Made by a program: the position numbers and the translations under genes
Virus record (IMG/VR): IMGVR_UViG_3300044712_000499
Location: 15,490 to 79,489 of that record
Strand: one strand, 5' to 3'
From: a virus
DNA: 64,000 nt
Part shown: one piece after another, positions 56,228 through 64,000 of the stretch
Position numbering within the stretch: position 1 is the first letter of the stretch
Layout: each line of letters opens with the position of its first letter
The notes under the pieces: generated by a model
What the model was told of the DNA's origin: nothing
Database searches by the model: none
The model's input: only the letters and a program-made list of their open reading frames with translations

Positions 56228-59200
56228 CTATTTTACGCTATTCGTTTTTTCATCTCTTAACTGACGTTTCATTTGTTTCTCGGCTCTTTCCCTTGCTTTA
56301 GTCCACTCCTCATCAGTTTTGTTGTCAAATCTTGTCTTACCATTGTCCATTATGCGCTTCTTATCCTCCTTAACTCTTTCTTTATTGTCTATGTAACGCA
56401 TAATCCTTTCGTGGTAGTGTTCCATGGTAAGTTGATTGTATTCCACCATCTGAGACTTATCTAGTTTAGTCTTCTTATCTCCGTCCTCAATCTCGATAGC
56501 GGTCATCTCTGGTTCTTTGACGGCATCAGTGCTTAACATTAAGTCCCAGTCCTTTGCATTAGTCTTTTTGAAGTCATACCATCTAAATAAAGCTGTCCTT
56601 GCACTCTTGCGGGCATCAGCCCACATCTTCTCTACATCAACCTGTAATCCCGTCTTAACTTCAGTCTCACCTTTATAGTTCTCTGAGCTTATTAAGTCCT
56701 TCTGTCTCTTTGATACTTTAGCGGTATCTCCCATGTAAGCCTCTAACTTATCAGAGAATAATCCTCCTGCTAACTTAGTGTAGTCGTGAAGTTCCTTAAC
56801 CTCCAGTGTGCGCTTCTCTACTCCGTCCTCTGTATCAATATAAGTAGTGGTATTCTGTACTTTGTTGGGTATTGCGTTATTGTCGGCAAGGAATCTCCAA
56901 CGAGCGTCATCACCCTTGATATTAAACCAATGGGTGTAAGGTAATAGTGCCTCACCTGGATATGTCTTAACCTCATCACCTAACTGATCCATGGTCGGAT
57001 AGTTAACGAAATGCTGAAGTCCGGCAGAGTAAGCCAAGATACTCTTAATGTCTTTCTGTGAGTAGGAAACGGGGTCAAAGAACTTCCATGTCTGCTGTAC
57101 TAAGGCTGAGTTCTGCGGTAGCGGTCTAAGTGCAAATCCAAGATAAGTCTTAGCCATTTCCTGTCCTGCTCTCTTCCATCCACCCTCTTCCATGGACATA
57201 GCATCAGTAAGGAGAGTAAGTAGGTTCTGAGTACCTTGAACGAAGGACATATCTTTTGTCATCAGAGCTGTGTTGGCTACGGCATCCAAGAGCATAGTCG
57301 CTGCAAGCCTGTTAGAGATTTCCTCTGACGGCATCTTCATCTTAATAGCATCGTTGATATTACCGATAAGACCAAGTGGAATAGCTAGTGCAGGTATGTT
57401 AAGATAACTTATTTCAACATCTCCAATTCTTAGCGTATATTTAGGCATCACGTTCTCTCTGCCGCCCTTCTTAAATCCTTCCTGATTGTAACCACCGGAT
57501 ATCTGAACATAATCTTCATCATCACTACCGAGGAACATCATTGCAAGGGCTGTAAAGCTCATTGTTCCTAACCAAGCCCTCCCCATCTGTTCGTAGTAGA
57601 GATTGCTTCCTTTCTTACCCATCTGAGCCGTCATAGCATCAGGGTTCATCTTCTTCTTGATACCTGATACACTATATCCATTAGCTCTAAGGAATCCATA
57701 GAAAGGTACATGGTCTAGCATATACTCGGTTACGTTTCCTACTATCTTAGTAAAGGGGATGAAGGGTTTAACTATTACTCCCATGGATGGATTAGAGTTA
57801 GATAACATCCCTATAGCATTAGCGAGCGTAGCCACTATACCACCTCTTGTGTCGGTAAAGATATTTCCCTGTGCAAGTCTCTCAGCGTCTAGCCTCTCTT
57901 CTTCGGTGATAGGAAGTTGTTTAACCATCAACTCACGCATCCTTATCTTCTTCTGCCTATCGGTAGTCTCCTGACCTGTGAGTTCTTTAAACTTAGCTGC
58001 TTCTGCCTCTATCTGTGCGTTTAATGCTTCTTTGTCAACCTTCGTACCTTGTAGTTCATCCATTACTGCGGTTGATAGAGCCTGTCCTGTAAGGTTCTGA
58101 GTATTGGCAAGATTACGTCTTATGATACTAGCTACCTCCATCTCGAAGATAGTGTTGAACATTAGGCGGTCTTGTGCAGATAGGTTGCGTCCTGAGTACT
58201 TATTAAGGTTGAATATGTTAAGGTCTATCCCACCTACCTTAAGTGGCTTGAACCGTTTTCCTTTACCAAACTTATCTCTTTCGAGTTGTCCTACTCTAAA
58301 CTGTTTACTTTTAGTTATCTCCTCAATGTACTTACTCCCTACGTCACCATTCTCGTATATCTCTGCTGCATCAGTAGCCCCATGAGCAATACCTTGTAAC
58401 ATCGGCATGTAGTACATCTCTCCACCAGGCATGTAGACTTCACCACTCGGATTGTTACTCTTAACTGCCCTTAACCATCTCGACATGTTAGTAGCATCCC
58501 TCAGTGGTTTGAGTAGAATATTACTTCCCGAACTCCAAAGGTTAAGTATGGTAGTGAAATATCCGAATAACATATTAGAGTAAGAGAGAGCTATCCATGT
58601 CTCTGCCCATTCATTGAACTTACTTGTTGGGTTTAGTTCGTAGAGATACTTAGTTAGGTCTTTGACGGCTTCCCTGTAGAACCACCCCTTATCTGTCATC
58701 TGCTGAACGACACTAGCTTTCTGCATAATGATACGTCCCTGCTCTGATGTTATCTCCGGTGCAAGTCCAAACTTATCAGCAAATAGCCCACGATAGACAT
58801 CTTCTTCAAGCGCACCAAGGTTTACAAGTTCAATAAGCCTATCAAGTCTTGTCTTCTTCTTCTTATCGGTAGGTACTTTCTCTTTACCTAGTAGGTTAGC
58901 AAGGTCTTTAAAGGACTTTAGTCGGTCTTGTATCCTCTTGTTGTACTCGGTAAGTATTGCAGTCTCTAGTTTCTTAGCCTCTGCTTCGCTTAACCCCGCA
59001 TCGTCTACTAACTTCTGAGCAAGAGTACGTCCAAGTTCATCCCTTTGCGACCAGTGCATCTTAACTATATCACTGATGCGTAGTTTGAGAGACTTCATCT
59101 CCTCAGTTAGACCGACAGAGGCTTCCTGTTCTCTCATCCATGAACGGAAAGTCTGATTACCTTCTTTCTTAGTACTCAGTATAGGGTCTATGTCGTCTTC

Positions 59201-62200
59201 TGTAACGGTAATACCAATAGCCTTTAAGTCATCTATCAGCTTATTGATTACATCTACTGCTCTGTAGTACCCTTCTCTTACATAACTAGCAATAAGATTA
59301 CCTCCTAGTTCTATCTGTTCAGCCGTTAGCGGGATGCCTGCCTGTAAAGTAACCTTCCCCTGTGACTTACGGTAATCATCAAGCAATTTCTTCCGATAAT
59401 CCTTTTCTGCCTTGACTTGTTCTTTAGGTACAGTCTTTTTCTTTGCGGGTTCTCTCTTGACATTAGGCTTATCAACGGGCATCTGAGCCTCTATCTCTTT
59501 ACCGGCAAGTATATCGTCAATAACTTCCTTGCTCGCATCAGAGAGTTGCTTATAAACCAAGTCGAGTAACTGCCCAATGCTCTTATCTCCTATCTTACGA
59601 TTTAACTTAACTCGGTTAAACTCTGCTATATGACGCTTGGCGAACTCTAACAGTCCTGCGGGTTGCATGACCTTCCAAAGATTTAAGTGAGCGTTACCCT
59701 GTCCTGTCTTGTTAGCTTCAATGGATATTCGTTCTTGTAACTTATTGGTAGCTATGTAAGCATTATCCTTTTGTTCTTTGGTGGCTTTCGGGTCTCCAAG
59801 AATCCTTGTATAGTGATCTATGAGAACCATTCTTGCTACCTGATATGTAGGATAATTATCAATATCCATTACCTTGGTAGGTTGTTCTAATTGCCTCGTG
59901 GCAGCATCAACTCCCCTTTCTTCAATAAACTTATTAGCGTTCTTAACTGCTTGCTCTCCATGAAGGGTGTCATAAAAGCCTTTATTCTCATTTATAATAT
60001 CAGAAAGTATCTGCTGTTGTTCGGTCTCTATCTGACTTAAGGAACGCTCTTGTGCACCGAGGGGCTTTTGTCCCTGTTTTTCACTCTCTGTAACGTCAAT
60101 TTGACCACTTTCGGGTGGCGGTGGTACATTACCCTCGCTTGGGACTTGAGTGGCTGTATCAGTCGGTAATGTTATTCCTTCTCCCGTGACGGTTTCCACC
60201 CCGTTTTGCGCAACGTCCCCCACTTGTACGCCATTTTGCGTTCCTTCGACCAATTCGGGTGCTGTTGTAGTTCCTTGTCCAACTTGCGTTCCAATTCCTT
60301 CGGCATTTTGTTCACCTCCTATTTTTGCTTTTGGTTTCTTTATCTTTGGTACTTCTTCTATACCAACTGGAATAAACTGACTCTTATTCGTAATCTTAAA
60401 TTCCTGTTGATTGTCATGGAGGACATTGATCTCATTATTACCCTCTGCTAAATTTTTTTCATTAACGGAAATAAAACCTCTATAAACAACAGGCTGCTTA
60501 CCCCTTATCCATGCGTATAACATGGCAAGTTTTTTACTTCCGGTAAAGTGTAGTGTTTTTGTTTCTGTGACTGAGGGGTCTAATCCTTCTACGTGATATT
60601 GACCCTTGCCCGAATAAACCAATAAAGGTTCTCCATTTCTATCTAAGACTAAACTGCCCTCTCCCGACTGCCAATCACCGAACTTAGCCTTGAACTCAGG
60701 TGTGCGTACAAAGGCATGGTTTTCAGGAGATAAATTAGACTTCTCTCCATTAGGGGCAGTCTGATTCGCTACCTGTTCTTCAGGAGTTACTACTGGGGTT
60801 CTGTTTCCAGTTCTTCTTTGCTCATAGACCCGTCCCACCTGTCCATCATTTCCTTCAATTTCTTCGGGTCTAATTTCGCTAATTCCGCCTGAAGCATCTG
60901 TTCCATACTCTCCCACTGCGTCGGGATTGCTTTGTCTGCTTGCTCTTTCATTTACTGACTGTTTTATTAAGTCTATATTCTTTTGCCTATCGGCTATTTC
61001 TTCTTCTGTTGCACCTTGTTCACGAAGCGAAGATATGGTATTATTTTCAATTTCGCTAATATTTTCTGAATTAATTTCAACATAGGGTACTTTAGGGGGC
61101 TTAAGATACTCTTTACTTTTGGCATCAACTACCTCTTGCGGACTCCCTTCGGGCACACCAAAGGTCTGTCTCTGACCATCATCCTTGACTACATTGAACC
61201 AATCTCTTCCGTCTTTAGTCTCTAGTGGGGTTATAGTCCCTGCCGGTTCATCTGTCTTTTCTGCTGCCTTTAGGTCTTCTATAGCTTTTAACTGTTCTTC
61301 TTTAGTAGGTTCAACCTTTGGTGCTTCCTCTTTTGGTTCATTCCCTTCGGCTTCTTTGACCTTTTCTTCCTCTATAGCTATCTGCTCATCCTTGATGCCT
61401 TGTATTTGGTCTTTAATACCCTTAATGGTATTTTCTAAAGCAGGAACTTCTTGCTCTGTGACTTCTTTATTGTCAATTTTGGCTTGTAGTTCATTCCAAA
61501 CCGAGTAGAGTTCTGCTACCTGTGCTTGCTTCTCAGGAGACAATTTAGTTGCAAGTTCATAGTTAGCATCCATTACCTCATCAGCCTGTACTCGTAAGTC
61601 TTTTATACTTCTCTTTAGTGCGTTCTTTACGGGGTCACTGTCTGTTTGGTCTAGTTGATCTATGAGAACCTTCTGCTGATTAAGATTATCTTGCACCTGT
61701 TTAACTTCCTTGTCGGATGCAAGCGTCTTACCCATAAGAGATGCAAGTGGATTCGCTGCACCACCAACGAGACCAAAGCCTAATCCTCCAATGAGCATGG
61801 CATCAAACACATTATCGAATACTCCTGCATTAGGGTTCTTTCCGGTTACTATATCTGTTATGTTCTGACCTATCTGAGTAATACCCTCTGAACTTGATTC
61901 AAGACCTACTGATGTAGCAATACCCTTTGCAATATCCTTTGCCCCTGACGGAGTTATTTCTTTTATTAGCCCTTTTTGAAAGGCAGTACCGATTCCTCTA
62001 AATATATAAGCCGATGCGAGCTCTCCAAGTGCTTCAAAGCCTCCGTACATCCATGCGTTAAGAATCTTACTTCTCTCGGTAGGCATATTCTCATTCTCTG
62101 CGTATTGCTGTGATGCCGATACTGCGCCTATAGTTCCGAGTGTTGCTGCTGCCCCACCTCCTGCCGTAGCTGCCGTAAGAGCAAGTAATGGGACTGATGC

Positions 62201-62887
62201 AACCGTACCCCGCCCAAACTGTTCAAGTGCTGCACCTATATTTTTCTTTCCGTCTTCTCCCTTAGTTAGATTCTCCCAAATATTGCCTTCAATTTGGTGC
62301 ATTTCTTCTTCTATCTTTTGCGCTCTTTTATTTAGTGGTGCTTGTGCCTCGGATAACTGAAGCATTGATGCGCCTGCGGGATAGGTAGATGAAATATTAT
62401 TTAGGGCTAGTTCGGCATCTCTGTCGTTTCCACCCATGCTTTTAATAAGAGGACGCATGATAGACCCCGCTAGAGTTCTATTAACCATCTGAGGTGTAGC
62501 TAATACTGCACCTGCTGTTTTTAATGAATTAGATTTTAAAGTACGGAATAGATCACCAAGTACGCCTGTCTCTCTTGGCTTCTCAGCCGATGGTGATTGT
62601 GGTTGTGCCGTTAAAGGCTTTCCCGATGCGTCTAAGAACGGTAATTCCTCTTTGCCAGACGTAGGAGTGAGAGAATCCAAGACAGAAAAGGATTTTTTTT
62701 TTACGAGTCCCATGTCCCCAATGAAAGTATCATAGTCGGGTAACTCGTATCCTTCTCCTACTAGACTATCATGTAATTTCTTAGACTTTAGCGGGTCGGA
62801 CATATCAGTCTTGAATGTACCGTAATCAGGTAGTTCGTATCCCTCTTTTACTAGGTTGCTATGTAGTGTTAATAACTTCTCTTCCAT
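56228..62887 (-). CDS. Large polyvalent virion/DNA-ejection protein (2219 aa)
   Basis: Duplicated N-terminal LH..LV.EGYELPDY.TF..DM, Gly/Ala TM-like region, internal SNL...VRTPEFKAKFGDW...D.NGEP ART-like module, long helical C-terminal part. Confidence 0.72.
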   Translation of the reverse strand: MEEKLLTLHSNLVKEGYELPDYGTFKTDMSDPLKSKKLHDSLVGEGYELPDYDTFIGDMGLVKKKSFSVLDSLTPTSGKEELPFLDASGKPLTAQPQSPSAEKPRETGVLGDLFRTLKSNSLKTAGAVLATPQMVNRTLAGSIMRPLIKSMGGNDRDAELALNNISSTYPAGASMLQLSEAQAPLNKRAQKIEEEMHQIEGNIWENLTKGEDGKKNIGAALEQFGRGTVASVPLLALTAATAGGGAAATLGTIGAVSASQQYAENENMPTERSKILNAWMYGGFEALGELASAYIFRGIGTAFQKGLIKEITPSGAKDIAKGIATSVGLESSSEGITQIGQNITDIVTGKNPNAGVFDNVFDAMLIGGLGFGLVGGAANPLASLMGKTLASDKEVKQVQDNLNQQKVLIDQLDQTDSDPVKNALKRSIKDLRVQADEVMDANYELATKLSPEKQAQVAELYSVWNELQAKIDNKEVTEQEVPALENTIKGIKDQIQGIKDEQIAIEEEKVKEAEGNEPKEEAPKVEPTKEEQLKAIEDLKAAEKTDEPAGTITPLETKDGRDWFNVVKDDGQRQTFGVPEGSPQEVVDAKSKEYLKPPKVPYVEINSENISEIENNTISSLREQGATEEEIADRQKNIDLIKQSVNERASRQSNPDAVGEYGTDASGGISEIRPEEIEGNDGQVGRVYEQRRTGNRTPVVTPEEQVANQTAPNGEKSNLSPENHAFVRTPEFKAKFGDWQSGEGSLVLDRNGEPLLVYSGKGQYHVEGLDPSVTETKTLHFTGSKKLAMLYAWIRGKQPVVYRGFISVNEKNLAEGNNEINVLHDNQQEFKITNKSQFIPVGIEEVPKIKKPKAKIGGEQNAEGIGTQVGQGTTTAPELVEGTQNGVQVGDVAQNGVETVTGEGITLPTDTATQVPSEGNVPPPPESGQIDVTESEKQGQKPLGAQERSLSQIETEQQQILSDIINENKGFYDTLHGEQAVKNANKFIEERGVDAATRQLEQPTKVMDIDNYPTYQVARMVLIDHYTRILGDPKATKEQKDNAYIATNKLQERISIEANKTGQGNAHLNLWKVMQPAGLLEFAKRHIAEFNRVKLNRKIGDKSIGQLLDLVYKQLSDASKEVIDDILAGKEIEAQMPVDKPNVKREPAKKKTVPKEQVKAEKDYRKKLLDDYRKSQGKVTLQAGIPLTAEQIELGGNLIASYVREGYYRAVDVINKLIDDLKAIGITVTEDDIDPILSTKKEGNQTFRSWMREQEASVGLTEEMKSLKLRISDIVKMHWSQRDELGRTLAQKLVDDAGLSEAEAKKLETAILTEYNKRIQDRLKSFKDLANLLGKEKVPTDKKKKTRLDRLIELVNLGALEEDVYRGLFADKFGLAPEITSEQGRIIMQKASVVQQMTDKGWFYREAVKDLTKYLYELNPTSKFNEWAETWIALSYSNMLFGYFTTILNLWSSGSNILLKPLRDATNMSRWLRAVKSNNPSGEVYMPGGEMYYMPMLQGIAHGATDAAEIYENGDVGSKYIEEITKSKQFRVGQLERDKFGKGKRFKPLKVGGIDLNIFNLNKYSGRNLSAQDRLMFNTIFEMEVASIIRRNLANTQNLTGQALSTAVMDELQGTKVDKEALNAQIEAEAAKFKELTGQETTDRQKKIRMRELMVKQLPITEEERLDAERLAQGNIFTDTRGGIVATLANAIGMLSNSNPSMGVIVKPFIPFTKIVGNVTEYMLDHVPFYGFLRANGYSVSGIKKKMNPDAMTAQMGKKGSNLYYEQMGRAWLGTMSFTALAMMFLGSDDEDYVQISGGYNQEGFKKGGRENVMPKYTLRIGDVEISYLNIPALAIPLGLIGNINDAIKMKMPSEEISNRLAATMLLDAVANTALMTKDMSFVQGTQNLLTLLTDAMSMEEGGWKRAGQEMAKTYLGFALRPLPQNSALVQQTWKFFDPVSYSQKDIKSILAYSAGLQHFVNYPTMDQLGDEVKTYPGEALLPYTHWFNIKGDDARWRFLADNNAIPNKVQNTTTYIDTEDGVEKRTLEVKELHDYTKLAGGLFSDKLEAYMGDTAKVSKRQKDLISSENYKGETEVKTGLQVDVEKMWADARKSARTALFRWYDFKKTNAKDWDLMLSTDAVKEPEMTAIEIEDGDKKTKLDKSQMVEYNQLTMEHYHERIMRYIDNKERVKEDKKRIMDNGKTRFDNKTDEEWTKARERAEKQMKRQLRDEKTNSVK

Positions 62888-64000
62888 TAGTAGAGTTTGC
62901 CTTTAGTGGTCTTTGGTGCGGTCTCTCTCTTAAAACTTGATCTGTCTATAAACAACGGTTTTGCCTTCAAAAGCTCACTATATCCTTCTGCCGGTAGTGC
63001 AATTATATCCCCTGCGCTAAAGGCATCGCTGTCATTTGATATTTTAACTAGAATAACATCCTCACTTGGGCTATATCCTGTTACTGTAAACTGAGCATTT
63101 TGGTTTACTTCTTTTAAGACTGGCTTTCCACTTGAATAGTCATAAACCAAAGGTATTGTCTGTGCCTCGGTTACTGGTTGTGGAACAGCCCCTACGTTCA
63201 TCATATCAGAAAAGGAGTGCTTACCATAAACCGTTTCTGGCGTTAACGCCTTTACGTTATAATTGGGTTTATTTGCCCCTTCCGTCTTAGGCTGTGTGAT
63301 ATTAGAATACCCCGTTGACTTCTCCCTTATGATTGTCTTCTTGAAAGGTTCGTACTGCTGTGCCCATGCGATAATAGCGTTCTCATCACCTCTTTCATTC
63401 TTATCAATAGTCCCGCTCTTATCGGCATCAAGCCACTTTAACTGTTCCTGTATTGGCTGTTCAGCAAAGCGTCTCATCACATTCTTTCTTCCACCCTCTG
63501 AGTAGAGTATGAGTTCTTTTATACCATTGTCGGCTTGCCCCTGTGTCATATTAGCCCAGGCCTTACGCTTCTGTCTTATTCCATTAACAACGCCACTTGT
63601 GTCAAGTTCAACTTCCTGTTCCCCCGTAAAGTTCTTACTATAATCATTAAGTAGATTTTCAAATGGTACTTCTTTGACGGGCAACGGGTCTTCTGTGTAC
63701 ACACCCTCTTTGAGATACTTTTCTTTAATGGCAGCCCACTCATCTAAATCAAGAGTTCTTCCGTTATCTCTCTTTATCACCTGCTCGTCTAGCTTAAACC
63801 TCTCGTAGTCTGCGTTCATCTTTGCCTGTGCCGACTCAAGCATCTTACGTCCCTTCTGAAGTTCTACCCAATCCTGTGTCTGAAAGTTCTCAAAGCTACC
63901 TCTTGATTTAAGTATTGACTGTGCTTTATTATTATAGTCGTCTACAAGCTTACCTTGTGCGGTAGCATTAGCACTTGATATGTAGGTATCAAGATCAATG
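62887..64000 (-). CDS. Putative virion/ejection protein (5' end beyond window)
   Basis: The track ORF 62887-63843 stays open to the window edge (IDLDTYISSANATAQGKL...GRKMLESAQ). Confidence 0.6.
   Translation of the reverse strand, partial: IDLDTYISSANATAQGKLVDDYNNKAQSILKSRGSFENFQTQDWVELQKGRKMLESAQAKMNADYERFKLDEQVIKRDNGRTLDLDEWAAIKEKYLKEGVYTEDPLPVKEVPFENLLNDYSKNFTGEQEVELDTSGVVNGIRQKRKAWANMTQGQADNGIKELILYSEGGRKNVMRRFAEQPIQEQLKWLDADKSGTIDKNERGDENAIIAWAQQYEPFKKTIIREKSTGYSNITQPKTEGANKPNYNVKALTPETVYGKHSFSDMMNVGAVPQPVTEAQTIPLVYDYSSGKPVLKEVNQNAQFTVTGYSPSEDVILVKISNDSDAFSAGDIIALPAEGYSELLKAKPLFIDRSSFKRETAPKTTKGKLY

Noticed and set aside
56228-62887. Virion RNA polymerase (size similar to crAss-like vRNAP)
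   Set aside because: No DxDxD/DFDID catalytic motif seen; host-type promoters precede late genes.
1429-63505. Antisense or shadow ORFs inside real genes (e.g. 1429, 1751, 5757, 10576, 11711, 24893, 53876, 58104, 61185, 63263)
   Set aside because: They lie fully opposite well-supported genes and lack motifs or promoters.
1-64000. Stop-codon reassignment as in some crAss-like phages
   Set aside because: Long genes are intact under the standard code and TAG ends genes normally (e.g. terL at 391-393).
1-64000. CRISPR array, diversity-generating retroelement or tRNA genes
   Set aside because: No regularly spaced repeat-spacer run, no reverse transcriptase and no complete cloverleaf found by eye; a tRNAscan run would be needed to exclude tRNAs fully.

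Overview
A 64-kb segment of a large tailed dsDNA phage genome. The host is almost certainly Bacteroidota, because many gene blocks are preceded by TAnnTTTG (-7) promoters, several with the TTTG (-33) element. It uses the standard genetic code. Left to right: (1) the start of a crAss-like/Bacteroidota-phage portal gene and the large terminase; (2) a minus-strand accessory block with a C39 peptidase, an AP2-HNH endonuclease, a PAPS-reductase-like protein, glycosyltransferases, GroES-like proteins, a C5 DNA methyltransferase and a DEDD exonuclease; (3) a plus-strand operon with five clear glycosyltransferase-like genes, a sixth uncharacterised gene and two SAM methyltransferases, interrupted by a GIY-YIG endonuclease; (4) dozens of small ORFs with a sharp switch to AT-rich DNA near 30.1 kb, possibly the genome end and early region; (5) recombination/replication genes (SSB, NinB-like, DnaA-C-like, RuvC-like, SF2 helicase, PD-(D/E)XK nuclease); (6) tail/structural genes, a tyrosine recombinase, a lysis cassette and a 2219-aa virion/ejection protein. 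Main leads: a putative self-contained protein O-glycosylation pathway; the 10-mer CTTTAGCGGG at least 20 times in both orientations and several reading frames; two or three unannotated structured RNAs, including a two-promoter terminator/antiterminator switch; and a C5 methyltransferase apparently split over two overlapping reading frames. All family calls are by-eye motif recognition; no database search was run.
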